Shown here: positions 47,384 through 60,331 of the stretch, piece after piece
Layout: every line of letters begins with the position of its first letter
Position numbering within the stretch: the first letter of the stretch is position 1
Source of the DNA: Tubulanus polymorphus
Taxonomy: Eukaryota > Animalia > Nemertea
DNA length: 64,000 nucleotides
Assembly (NCBI RefSeq): GCF_964204645.1
Contig: NC_134032.1
Coordinates: forward strand, 4,860,175-4,924,174
Reading direction: 5' to 3'
Made by a program: the position numbers and the translations under genes
The notes under the pieces: model-generated
The model's input: the letters and a program-made list of their open reading frames with translations, nothing else
Databases searched by the model: none
Told to the model about the DNA's origin: nothing

Positions 47384-47611
47384 AATGTAGCGGCACACAA
47401 GCGTATTTTCGCCCGATCGCGGCGAATTTATAAATCGCCCGAAAAATTCGCTCGTGTGGCCACTCACGGCGACGACGATTTCGTCGGCCGACTCGATCGC
47501 CCGGCGAATCGCCCGTATCAAACATGTTTAATATTTTCGGCCGATTATTTACACCGGCGATCGGGTGTATGAATTCGCCGGCGAATTCGCTAGCGCTCGT
47601 GTGTCCCTAGC
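47384..47611. mobile_element. Second copy of the Harbinger-like MITE, inside the Chapaev element
   Basis: Reverse-complement similarity to 39720-39895 and 39477-39495. Confidence 0.7.
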
Positions 47612-48023
47612 TTAATACTGATGCGGGCGGGCGGTAGGCCTATCAGAGGCTTGCTGGCTGTAGGCTACATCTCTCTCCCTTGCCCTCCCTATTTTGTTTT
47701 ATCTCTCGTCATCACTTAAGACCGAATCAGGCAGGGCTGTCAATGAGAATCAGTAATTAAGTATGAACTAAAACTGGTTATAAGTTTCAGCTTGTTTTTT
47801 CTTTTATTTTTCAGAAATTACATAAATTTATGACGTGCAACAGTGATTTACATCATAGAACAAAAACTAATTAGAGAATCTGGAACTGATTGGGAAGCTA
47901 GCTTCGAAGGTACAGTTCCTCAAAATTTTCGGCATTTTAAGTTTTTAAACATTATAACAAGTATGATGAATAAACTTATATCAATGCATATTCAGCTCAT
48001 GAAGAAATATTTCTCATTATAGG

Positions 48024-50743
48024 TTAAACCTGATCACTGACATTGCTACATTTCTGGCAAGTTCGTGTATTACTCGATGGTGACATTTTCTTGAAGAATC
48101 CTCCACAGTTACACTTCCGGATTATTTTGTGTAAGTGCAGTGATTTTGTTGAGTAGAGACCTTGATTCAAAAACATTAATTTTGTGCGGACTACTCTGTT
48201 CCGCAAACAGGAATAGATTCTGGCATCTTGGTTCATACTCGCATGCTTGCTTTCAAGCCCCTGCTCTCCAAAGAGCCCCAATGACTTCCATGTTTGGATG
48301 AATTCAGGCACGTGATAGATCAAAACATGCAATTTGGGAGTTATATTCGCCGTGGGGAAATTTTGAGGAAACCATGTACCAAATTCATGAATACTGTTCA
48401 CTACATGTTCTATTTCAGGTTCGGACAAAAACCGACAAGCTGAATATACTTGATAGATATCTTGAAACTTCTCGAAAAGATCCAAAAATAACTTTCGGTC
48501 ATTCGGATAATTGTTGAGACAGGATAATAGTATTTGTGGATTGTTAATTCCATTTTCCTCATCCTTTTTAAACAACTTGTGTACATGGTTTCCTACAAAG
48601 CTATTCGAGTGATATGCCTGTCTGTCGACTCCTATCTTTTTAAGATTTTCATTTAGATCTTTTTGTATTGGTCCCATCTCTAAGGTTATGTCCTTATATA
48701 TTTGGTTAAGCTTGGTTCTTCTCGGATTTAACAGTACTTTTATTGATGGAATTTCTATATCTTTGATTTTGCTCATGTTTTCTTCTGCTTGTTTCAGGAA
48801 TTTATCCGGTGTTATTTTTTTGTCCGCAAGTGGCCGACATTTCAAACAAAGGAAATCGCTATCAGAAATATCAGGATCATATACAGATTGAACACATTGG
48901 CTGTGGTATGGTGCTTCGCAGTTCGTGCAATACAAATATATATGTGGCTGCGGATTCTCAATAGAACGAATTATACAAATCGGCGCCCCACAGTTTAATG
49001 GACTAGAGCGTTTTTTCTTTGCATTTTTCAATAAGTCGACTAGCTCTTGACAAGATTGTAACTTCTGTTTTAGGCTATCCAGTTCATCCTGCAAGCTAGT
49101 TACAGATGCTGAAGCTGCTCTCCATGCTTCCCATTGCTCGGGAAAACGTTCTCCGAGGGAAGATTCATCAAGTTCACAACAACGTTTTTCTAGCATCTCG
49201 AAGAACATTAACCCTAAGCCAAGAGAAACATGGAGACCAGGAGGAACTAGATGGCCTAAATCAGAGGGCTTGAAAAGCATACTACTTTGAATATTTTGTG
49301 TCTCCGCACCAATAACCCGTGGTGTAGCTTCAGCAGTTTGTGCATTCCTTAAATAGGACCCGATTGAACGCGATTGGTACTGCTTGAATGTTGGGGTATG
49401 AGGTGTTGCATCTTTTTTGCGCAAATCATGGAGTGTTACCTCACACCATAGGCATGGATAAGATGATGCGCTGCCTTGATGGCCCATCATCTGGCAAAGG
49501 AAATGAAGGTCCCCCATTAGAAATAGTCTAACGGTAATTTCTTGATCAAAAACGATGATGGTTTTGACAGTTGAAATTTCACCCTGGAATTTTCCAAAAA
49601 CCTTATTCAAATTCTCCAAACAGTCAACCCCTTCATAAAAACTGATCAAATGCGTTTGATCTGGACTATTCGGGGATGGTCCGTTTATGATGGCTAGTAC
49701 CATCTTTGTACTACCGCCCCCTTTATCCACCCCGATCTTTGCCCATATTTCGTCATGAAATTCTGGGGACCTATTTAACTGATTTTTCATTATCAGTTTT
49801 TCTACTGACTTTTGTATTAATAGCTCTATTGATGTCACAGAAACAAACGCTGACAATTGCTTTTCATGCGTTCTGCTATTAATTTCCAGTTCTATTTCAC
49901 CAGCTTCAATGAATGTAGAAAACGACTCTTGTCTGGCTGCAAGCTCTTGTCTAATATTTCGACTAGACGGAAAAATCTGAATATTGTAATGTTTCAAGAT
50001 TTTTTTAAGTTCAAGTAACTTATTCATCGGTAGTCTCAAATTTAATTTCAATTCTATTACTTGAGTTGGATCTAATTGATTTACAGTTGCGATACCGGCC
50101 AACTCCAGAGCCTTTTTGACTAAATCAGGATACCTTTTCATGAAACAAGATAATGTTACAGCCATATCATTGCCTGACGATGAAATAGAGGATAATTTAT
50201 CCAAAACAAGTTTCAATTTTCTTGCTCTCGAGTCAAGAGTTTTCTTTGAGGCTGAACTGGAATTAATTGTTGGATGTTCTAATTTGGTGTAACAACTGCT
50301 TTTACTGCGAAAACTAGTAACAAGGGGAGTAGCTTCAAATGTTTCTAAGTTTGATGAATCTGTGTCAATTTTTAATAAATCTTGTGAATAAATTTGCTCA
50401 AGTTTCGCTTTCAAATTTTGAATTTCTTCATTCTTCTGTCGAATTTGGTCGGATAATTCATCGATTTTCTCTTTCATGGTAATCAAATCAGGATGACAAG
50501 AACATTGACAATGAGACTTAACAGGTGATATTGAACATAAGGAAACCGAATTTAGATCACTACACTGGAGGAGGACATCAATATCAGACAAATCTACACC
50601 ATCTACACCATCAACAGCAGATATCTCGAGTGGATTTTCCAGCAAAATATCGTCATTAGTCGAGCTTTCCTCTCTTTCCGTAAATTCACTACTCTGGCTT
50701 TCTTCAAATGTTGAATTTGCAACTATGTCCCTAGTTTTTGTTC
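48024..50743 (-). CDS. RAG1/Transib/Chapaev-like DDE transposase, large terminal exon, with inserted PHD-like finger
   Basis: KIGVDKGG, LMGDLHFLCQMMGHQG..YPCLWC, PPGLHVSLG, ITPKLHVLIYHVPEF..GEQGLESKH. Probable splice acceptor (polypyrimidine + AG) at ~50744; upstream exons not resolved. Confidence 0.85.
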
Positions 50744-52352
50744 CTAGGGAAATGTTAAGAGGGAAGAATAAATATGATTGTAGAAAATGGGTCCTTTCAA
50801 AGACCTTCATTATTTGAATGAAATATGTGTTGAATTGAGCAGAATCAGAAATATTTGTCTCATATTTTTTGCAGATGTTAGTAAAAAATAAACCTGTACC
50901 GAATAAACCTGTACCACCTTAAACAGAGAAACTGAAACTGGCCTCAGGGGTTTAATAGAGAACAACATATTTATCATACCTGCATTATCCTCATACTTAT
51001 ACTTGCATTATCCTCATTGTCGTTATCCTTTCATTTAAGTCATTTGATTGACAGTCACTCAATCAGAGTTCGAAATATAAAAAAACTTGTAAACCTCACA
51101 ATCAACTAACGAATAACCAAAATTTCTAACATGTGTAATGAATTTTAATTCTTTAATAAAAACATTCCAAAAAATATAGATATAAGACTCACTCCTACGC
51201 TTTTTTCTGGAACTTCCGAAGTACTTCTTTCTCGAATGGGCACCTTGCTCGGTAGTGAGATTTACTGAGCGCTTTTTTGATGCTGTAAAAAGTGAAATAT
51301 AGTGCATCTTAATGTTTTCATATTGCCTTAATCTTAATCTCAAGTTTAAAAAATTTGATATATTTACCAGTGGCTTGCTCAGCAGCAGACATTCCTAACG
51401 GTCAGTACTAATCATGCTAAAAATGAAAGAATAAATATCTGGTCAAATAAATGTACTTCATTTCACTAAATAAAATTTCTAGGCCTTTTCATCGGGTATT
51501 TCTGGGCTTCTTATATATCAAATTTCTGTAAAAAAATAGGAGAGCACCATTATTCTACTCCAAGAGGAAATACATGGGAGGGGAAATCATTTTAGGGGCC
51601 GGAAAGTGGCCGCTCTATAAAATCGGTCGAATTCTTACGAGGTACAAATTTACGAGCGTCAAAAAATCTCTGAAGCCCTAATTCGTCAATAGGGGTTATT
51701 GTATGTCAATTTCTTCATCTTTTTATGATCTACCTCGCTAAATCGGAATCCACTATGAAGTATTATGTTTTAATGTTCGCTTTGGCATTAAACTATGAAT
51801 AGCTTGGCATTTGGAGATGCCTAAATTATCAAAAAATTACTTACGATTTCGGAGCAGGTTGTCACGGTTTCTCCACCACGAACTAAAGTCTCAAACAATA
51901 TACCGCGAGGTACCTCGGGTCTTCAGGAAGCGATCTATACTGGTTACGAATTAATATATGCCTATCCATTCATGTACTATGTACGCTCAAATACGAATGC
52001 CAAAGCCCGGTTTCTTCAGCTTTAAAGCGTTACCAGCAGGTGCGCGTTAGGTCACGTGCGCGCCTTAGCCTATCAACAAGACTTTCACGCCGAAACGTTT
52101 AAAAGGTCAAGTTTCTAACTTCGTAGAAGAGCTGTAGAGCCGTGAAGTGATTTTACAGGCAAGGTCAATGGAGCAGTAATCCTATCGGGTCGTATAACGA
52201 ACTTGCTATAGAGAGTACTCCACGACGGGTAAGTGGTTTATCCTTTATCTTAAATTTAAAGAGGAACTTATCGGTTTCTATATGCCAGAGCATCCCGAGA
52301 GCTCGCTCTGTAGGAAGTTGCGATTGTTAACTAAAATCCATATCCTTTAATG

Positions 52353-53340
52353 TATTAGCACGCGTCCGTCCGTCCGTCCGGTGTTCGGTTATATCCCTAC
52401 TAGTCCTACAGTTCTGATGGGATCTTGATGAAACTTGGTATGAATGATCTATGGGGGAGTGCCTACAAAAGTACATAGCCATAATTTTGATATTGCATAA
52501 ATTATGCAAATTAGGGCTATTTTTAGATTTTCACTAAAATCGCTACTCCTCCATCGATTTTCAGCGGATTTCAATCAAACTTGGAATGAATGATCTATGG
52601 GGGAGTGCCTACAAAAGTTTAGAGCCATACTTTTGATTTTGCATAAATTATGCAAATTAGGGCTATTTTTAGATTTTCACTTAAATTGCTACTTCTACTC
52701 CAGTTTTTAGTAGATTTCAACCAAACTTCATATGAATGATCTATTGGGGAGTGCCTACAAAAGTATACAGCCATATTTTTGATTTTGCATAAATTATGCA
52801 AATTAGGCCTTTTTTAGATTTTCCTTTCAATCGCTACTCCTCCAATTTTCAGCGGATTTCAAACTTAGTATGAATGTTTTTATAGGGGATTGTCTAAACC
52901 AGTATAGAGCCATATTCTAGATTATGCATAAATTTTGCAAATTAGGGATAATTTTTTTAGATTTTCACTTAAATCGCTACACCTTCTTCAGTTTTTATCA
53001 AATTTGAATTAAACTTTTTATGAATGATCTATGGGATGATGCCTACATAAGTATAGAGGATGTTTTGCAAATTAGTTCTATTTATAGATTTATCTTGTTT
53101 CATTTGTCCACCAGGGGGCACCCCTGGGGGTGGAGTTTCTATTTCCTAAAATTGCTACAGCTATTAGTCCTACAGTTTGAAACAGATCAAGTCCAAATTT
53201 GGTATGAATATTCTATGGACCAATACCTACATAGTCAAGAGCCCTTTTTGGATTTGGCCAAAAGGGGGCACTCCTAGATATGCAGCTTCCATTTCTTCAA
53301 ATCACACAGCGGAGCTATATGAGCCGATAGGCTCCTTGTT
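52353..53340 (+). mobile_element. Helentron-associated (HINE/DINE-like) non-autonomous element with ~146-bp tandem repeats
   Basis: (GTCC)n near the 5' end; about five repeats containing TTGCATAAATTATGCAAATT; 3' hairpin GAGCC-GATA-GGCTC followed by CTTGTT. Confidence 0.65.
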
Positions 53341-55385
53341 ACTAACCCATGTAACCCTTTGTATATTGGGTAAGGAAATACAATCGCTCGCTATTGTTTA
53401 CAGTTTTCGCTTATCAGATTTCCGAAAGCCCGGATAAAGTAACAGTACTCCGTGACATCGCCAGAGAAAATAGGCATTTCTGGTTTTGGCAACTACATAC
53501 GAACCATATTTTCTATCATCAATTGCAGTCCAGGATAGGTACCAGAACTCTGTGGATTTCCGCTCAATGAATTGTCCGAGCTAGACGGCTGCGATGCCTG
53601 CGTTTTCGGCGTAAATCTAGGTGCTTTGACCATTAAATATTGATTTGTTTTTAAGCGCAAATTACATGTGAGATTTTCTTCCGTATCGAAATGAAAACAA
53701 CTGACGCTTCGATTTCTTCATCATCTAACAGTGAGTCATGCACGACTTGGTTGGCATTTTCGAATATTTTCCAGGCTTCATCAACTCCTAACAAAGCAAC
53801 GTTCACTTCATCAGCTGAGAGATTCTTCTTTAACATATCCCTCAACTCATTTCTTTTCTTAGTGAGCGCGCCTTTATATCCAGCTCTGGATCGTTTCATT
53901 TTTTCTAAATCATCGACGGTTGGCTTCCTCTTTCCGTCGACAGACATCTTCTTACAATTGTTCTAAACCAATGTATGCTCCGAATACGAATTTACGATCG
54001 TCCAAAAACACTCAATGTTAAACTGATATCTTTACATTTATTGCCATCATTTATCATCGATGCCGTTTCTAAAGACAAGAAACAACACAAAATTAGTACA
54101 CAAATATTATAATAATAACCAGAAATTCGAATAATAACAAATAACTTACAGAACATTTGAGAGCATTAAAATCATGTAACAGCCACAACGTCAGGACACC
54201 AAAAGCCAAATTCAACACACACAGATCACCAGATCAGCAGATTTCATACAATTTCACACATGAGCAATAAATGTAAAAACATGTGACCCTTGTCGATTTG
54301 TGGTGTATATTTTACTGAGGTAGACTAGTACTCAAGTAGATTAGTGAGGACGGAGTTGTTTTGGAATATATAGATATAAATACATATAATCGACTGGTGG
54401 ATTAATAAATAATAAGTAATGAGATTTTATTTAGTTTTCTATATATGGATGGGACATTCCCTTTCTCAATTGTAGCGTTTGGTCTTGTCAGTGTGTTTAT
54501 GCGTTTGACCGCAGTAAGTTAAAAATTCCAGAAACCCAATAGTATTGTGTTTCAAGTTACTGCGTAGTTGAATTTCATCACCAGATTAATGTTCATTTTA
54601 GTAAACATCATTCGGTCACATGATAAATCCTTATTTGGTAATCTTTTGGGTAGTTTCAGAAATTCTTTTGAGAAAAATCTTTGTAATTGATATCTAGGAA
54701 TTATATGGTGATCATTCTGTCTATTGGCAAATGGACTGTTGATAGTGTGAGGCTTTTTGGGCTATATTTGCTCAATTTGATATGAACTATTTTTGCATCC
54801 TGAATCTGGAGTCAGGTGATGTTGTTTTCGAAAGATATCAGAGCTGGGTTTTGAAAAAGAAGGAAGCCAACAAGGTTTATTCCTATAACACTATTTTTTC
54901 CGGCTTGGAATAAAAGGGCTTATTAACAATTCTAACCCAGTATTAAGTATTTATCCTCCACGGATTTATGCTAAATTGGAGGAACGAACTAAATTAGTTC
55001 TGTCAGAGAACCGAGATTTTAGTGATTTATATTTTTCTCCACTCCTGGAACCAAGAGATTTTTTCAGCAACTTTTACTATATTCAGAAGTTTCATTCAAA
55101 TAGCAAATTTCTCTATTTGTATATTATCAATGGAAAGAACCATAGTTTCCACTTTTTAACGATCGAATTTATGATAACTGGCGGTATTCGATTGCGACTC
55201 ATCGTAGAATATCTACAACATTCGACGGATGGACCAACGATGTTTCAAAACACATTGACAACGGGATTCGCGGCGCTATTGCGTGTGTTCAATAGAAATA
55301 TTGGAACTGAACGTTTCTAATATTCTCTTCATCCGTTTCGCGGGAACTTTTTCTAATTTTGCGCAAGACGTTGGTAATTTCTACG

Positions 55386-55501
55386 ATTTGAAACCGTGTA
55401 GTTCTCAGTCTTCAGATAAAAGTTATTTGAAACCGTGTAGTTCTCAGTCTTCAGATAAAAGTTATTTGAAACCGTGTAGTTCTCAGTCTTCAGATAAAAG
55501 T
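55386..55501 (+). repeat. 39-bp tandem repeat x3
   Basis: ATTTGAAACCGTGTAGTTCTCAGTCTTCAGATAAAAGTT. Confidence 0.92.
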
Positions 55502-57199
55502 GATGATCATTAACTGTGAAGTTCTCAGTTATTAGATGAAAGCCTAGTCGTTCACACGTATGAGCTACCACCTCTGTCTGAAGTTCTTCATTACATTAAG
55601 ACCGGTATGTCGGAAGAACAAAATAAAAGTATGACCAATAAGGACTTGAATGGTGAATAAGATGATGTGGATACATCTGTATATATATACCAGTGCATAG
55701 CAAATCACCGGATTTAATCCTTTTCACTGATGTCAGTGAGAATGAATTTCTTCGCGTAAACTCTGGATTTGGTGAATTCGTTCTTCTTACCCACGATCAA
55801 ATGAAATCATACAAACATTTTCGAGAATTGAACCAATTAAGTGACCTGGTATTAATTTCACCTCCTGTCCTTTTATTCGGGAACAGAACCTAACTTCCGG
55901 CATCCATTGTACATGCTTAAGTATGAATATTCTACAGATGATTCCCGAAACAATGGCAAGATATGGCAATTGGTTAGAAGACATTAAACAGCTTGTGGGC
56001 TAAAATAATTTCGCACATTTCAAAAGACTATATTGTTTGGTTGGCTGGCTGGTTACGCACAAATTACATCTGCATATCTTTAACGTAAAAACAGGTAATT
56101 GAAACTAGCTAGAAACATACATGTAGACTGAGTAAAACATTTTGAAATTTTTCAAAAGTGGGCCGTCTACCTGCCAGTGACCAAAAACCTTTTTATATTT
56201 TAAATCCAGATATACTACAGATAGATATTTTATTTCTGTTCATAGTTTACATACATTCATTCTTTTATGATGCTAGTGAGCATTTAGATGTAATTGAAGG
56301 TAGTTATTTCTTTTTTATAGATTTTGATTTTTTTATCAGTCAGTCAATGAATACGTGACAGCGGGTAATATTAATTTATGTTATTGATCTTCAACAGCAG
56401 TTCGATTCATAAATAGAACTGCTTCGGCAAAAGATAACTTAAACTTTGTGACATGAATTAATGTGAAAATATCGGATTTTGGGATCAACAACTGCTGCCG
56501 CAAACTATAATTTAAACTTCATGTCAGAATTTAATGAGAAAATGGCACATTTATAGACAGAAATTAATGAGAAAATGTCAAGTCAGACGAGTCTCGCGAG
56601 GACTTTGAATGGACCATTTCCGATACGCCAGGTGTCCAAAATATTGTAGCCATCGCTCTGTATTCGGCTAGCATGCTATTGTGTCTAATTATCTTCATTA
56701 AAACAAGGAAGGTTTTGGGGATAATGGCGGTTGCGACTTCACTGCCTCTAGCGAAGGCATTTACCGTCGTCTCGAATAAATCGTATGAACTAAGGCTAGA
56801 TTCCCTTGACAAGGGTACCAACAAAACGGTTTTGGTTAAAGTTGTAACTGAACGGTTTGACCATTCAGATATTCCCATAGATATTCCCATGTTGGAAGGG
56901 CTGTTCGAATATCACGGATACCGGATACCGGACACCTAAATACCGGATACTCGAGATTGCGCAGTATATAGCGCATCGGGTCAAAGGAGTCGTTTCCGTT
57001 CTGTTGTAAGTAAGTACTGCCGCGACATACAATTTATTTATGTCAAATTGTTACAGCGGCTAACCAACGTATTTGCTAGCCTGATTACAGCCTGCTTTCA
57101 CGTTCTTAGTGTCATCATCGATCTCAATATTATACATATTTCTTTCTGAATACTTTTTTTCTTTGGTTAGGTGAAGTAAAACGTTATATTAATTTTTTA

Positions 57200-57580
57200 T
57201 CACGTTATATTGCCAAAAAGGGCATGTTATATTGCGAAAAAGGGCACGTTCATTTGCCAAAAATTCAGAAAAGGGCTCCAAAAATCGTTTGAAAAATCCT
57301 GTTATGGGCAGAATTAATCTCCAAAATGAGGGCGCATTCAATGATATTACCGTACTGAGGTGCTCTGACAGGGCACGACTCAATGACTATCGGCACGTTC
57401 AAATTGCCAAAAAAATCCTAGGCACATTGTATTGCCAAAGGGCACGTTCATCAAAAATTCAGAAAAGGGCTAGAAAATAGTCGGCTCAAAAATATGACTA
57501 AATAACTATCACATTCTAAAAAGGGCACATCCAAATTGCAATAAATACTTAAAGTGGTTTGTTATTGCCTAAAATTCAGA
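57200..57580 (+). repeat. Degenerate AAAAGGGCAC / TTGCCAAAAA sub-repeat array, likely part of a non-autonomous element
   Basis: About nine GGGCA/GGGCT cores with recurring flanks. Confidence 0.5.
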
Positions 57581-58689
57581 CAAGGGATTTTTTGCTATTT
57601 TGACGCCTCAGATGCTCTGATAGCTGGGTTTCAAATTTTAAACTGATTTTAAACCCCTTGGTGGCTTCGTACCTTCGGTGCTCGCCTCGTCGTGGGAATA
57701 CAAATCCGGACAGGTGCCCTCTTGAATGAGTGCTACCCCTTGAATTTGGGCCTAGATCCCTACACCTACCAATTTGTATTGAGCTTTGCGCTAAACCTTC
57801 CGTATCCATTGCTCGTTATTTAATATAGTCTGAAGTCTGGACAAATAGAAACAATTTAGAGGTTAATTATGACAGTTTAAGATAGGAAAAAGTTTTTCAT
57901 AAAATAGGAAATTAGAAAAGATGTTGGCCTATGTAATGTTATTTACATCTTAATTAAAGAATTCAATGTTCAAGTTGAATGGATCCGGCAAACGTTGAAA
58001 TAATAAAAGTAGGCTACTGGTTATGTTGAGAAAAGGTGATCATTTATCTTTGAAAATCCATAACACGGACGGTAGAATAACCAAAACCGATCAATTTTCT
58101 GATTGAAATTTCTACAATTTGGCATCATTTGGCGTGTAAACCATTAGGACCGATATGAAGATGGACTCTTTCTTCATTTAAATGTAGGCAAACGGAGGCA
58201 AAGAGTGTGACTATGAGAAATTAGACATTATATTCACCTTATATTTAAAAAATGTTATCGTATGCTTCCGTAAGTTAATCCGCTGTAGTTTCGTTAAAAA
58301 TTGACGTATTCTCGGGAAAAGTTTCACTCAAACGCCGAAAACAAAATATGCTTTTCCTGACGATTTCAGCGCTTTTACGCATCGACATTGTCGTTTTTCT
58401 GATAGGGGGAAAATTTGATAAGAAAACGACTTTTCAAGTAAAAGTCCCTCAATTTAAGCATGATATCATGCAATTCGTTGGTTGGATGGAGGGGCGTTTT
58501 AAATGAACGTACGGAAGGTGTGGTCAAGAAAGTAAAAAGAGGTGGGCCTTAAAACGGCTGGGGCAGAATTTACTGTTAGTTATTTGAATGATAGGTTTTG
58601 TACCACTGGCAGGTCAGACGGGGTAGGGGAGGTGTGGGGTTGGTTCCAAGAACTCTAAACATGTGAAGCATTTAGATTCATTTCTCGGC

Positions 58690-59990
58690 CAACTAATGTA
58701 TGATTTTCGTTAGCAAAAAATAACAGGATTCTGCGCTTTCCATTAGATGGGTATTCAGCTAGTAAGTTGATATTGCAACATTTGGAAGGTTTGAATTGGA
58801 ACCGCCAGATTTTGGCACATGATTCAATCTCATTAAGATCTGTTTGTAGGATTAAACTATTCAAATTTGGATTTTGAGGATTAACTTGCATATAGATAGA
58901 TGTATCGTCGGCATAAATAAAAGTATCACTGTTTAAACTGTCGGTAAGTCATTTATATGTTAAAGGAATAACATGCGCCCTAGAATAAATCCCTGGGGCA
59001 CAGAGGTATCGAGGTATCCGATGGGGTAAGTTCAGAGATGAATCCATTCACTTTCACCTGGATTCGGCGATTAGATAGGTAGGATGAGATAAGATCATGT
59101 GTCTTGCCGTTAATTCCATATGCTTTTAACTTGTGAAGTAATAATTTGTGAGGTAGTGTATCACAGGCTGCTGATATGTCAAGAAAAGCCGCCCGAACAC
59201 CAAGTCCCTGTGCTAATTCGGCATTAATAAAGGCCGAAATAGATAGAAGTTGGTCAGTAGTCATATGACCAGGAAGATAACCTGACTGGTTTGAGAAAAT
59301 TACATTATCATTTATAACGTATATATGTTGATAAATCAATCTCTCAACAGTTTTGAAATAGTGCAGAAAAGGGAAATTGGTCGAGAATTTTTAGCGTCAT
59401 GACGAGCGTCCTTTTTGTAAATTACCGAAACTTGAGCGATTTGCCATATATTGGGAAAATTATTGCGATCGGTTAAAGTATTAAAGATACGTGCTAGCAT
59501 CGGTGAAATGACATTAACTGACAATTTTAACATACTATTATTCTGTCATGACCGGGCAATTCGTTGACATCAAGTTCAAGTTTTGAATTGGAATCAGTGG
59601 TTATATGTGGCATGAATATATCGTACGGGCTTCTGTTTGCAAGGGGGGGAGCAAGGCATCAATTTTGGATTTAGAGTGTTATTTATCAGATATGGTTCGG
59701 AGAAACACTTATGCCTTTTCGCTTTCAGTATCGCTCGTGCAGGATCAATTATGCTAGGAATCTGAAATGAAAATTTATTCCGAAGAAAAGTTTTATTGCA
59801 GATGCCAATAGTCGCATTTGGTTTTTGATGAGTTTTCAAGCGTGTTGATAAGATTATTTTCCAGTTCGCGTTTTGCCATGCTTATTAGGGAATTTACAAT
59901 ATTGGTTTGGGATTTGTATCGGTAATAGAATGAAGTGTAGCCAATAGGTTTAAAAAGCGCCTATATAGCCTATTTCGGCTTTTCATGGCA
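58690..59990 (-). pseudogene. Decayed CR1/L2-group LINE reverse transcriptase fragment
   Basis: NSRPISL, NQSGY, AFLDISAACDTLPHKLLLHKLKAYGI, FIYADDTSIY. Confidence 0.8.
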
Positions 59991-60163
59991 TGTTTGACAA
60001 GGAGTAAATAAACACATTATTATTCGAAAATGGAATTATTTAATTAGTGGAATCAGTTGTAAAGCTGAAAAAAGAAATACGGTTATGATTGGGTCAGGAT
60101 AAAGACAAAGCAATAAGTAACCTGGCAGACTAGGTTGAGGCAAATGTATGATTCATCAGTGGA

Positions 60164-60331
60164 ACACTGACCGAGGCTACAATATTGTAACCTAGGTCGG
60201 TTGACTTGCGCGGATTTATCTGCATACACTGACCGAGGCTACAATATTGTAACCTAGGTCGGTTGACTTGCGCGGATTTATCTGCATACACTGACCGAGG
60301 CTACAATATTGTAACCTCGGTCGGTTTACTG
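60164..60331 (+). repeat. 62-bp tandem repeat x2.7 with internal palindrome
   Basis: ACACTGACCGAGGCTACAATATTGTAACCT(A/C)GGTCGGTTGACTTGCGCGGATTTATCTGCAT. Confidence 0.9.

Larger units (their letters stand above)
46658..52144 (-). mobile_element. Chapaev-type (CMC) DNA transposon, 5,487 bp
   Basis: TIR CACGGCT(G/C)TACAGC; 4-bp TSD AAGT (46654-46657, 52145-52148); CAC..GTG termini; the flanking BEL frame is restored on removal. Confidence 0.85.
44896..53950 (-). mobile_element. BEL/Pao LTR retrotransposon C, degenerate and internally deleted (pieces 44896-46657, 52145-52352, 53341-53950)
   Basis: Integrase [15 protein letters not shown]; RNase H LHHFSDAS, TIPRLELAAA; ERALGMLW..LTRRGVLSIASSLYDPIG rejoins across the Chapaev element; gag LPKPEMPIFSGD and KRSRAGYKGALT. 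Confidence 0.85.

Noticed and set aside
48024-50810. Host RAG1 gene or ProtoRAG
   Set aside because: Flanked by short TIRs and a 4-bp TSD with no RSS-like nonamer or RAG2-like kelch gene seen; this fits Chapaev.
60164-60331. CRISPR-like palindromic repeats (also 55386-55501 and 52440-53070)
   Set aside because: Spacers are identical or absent, there are no cas genes, and the context is eukaryotic; these are tandem repeats.
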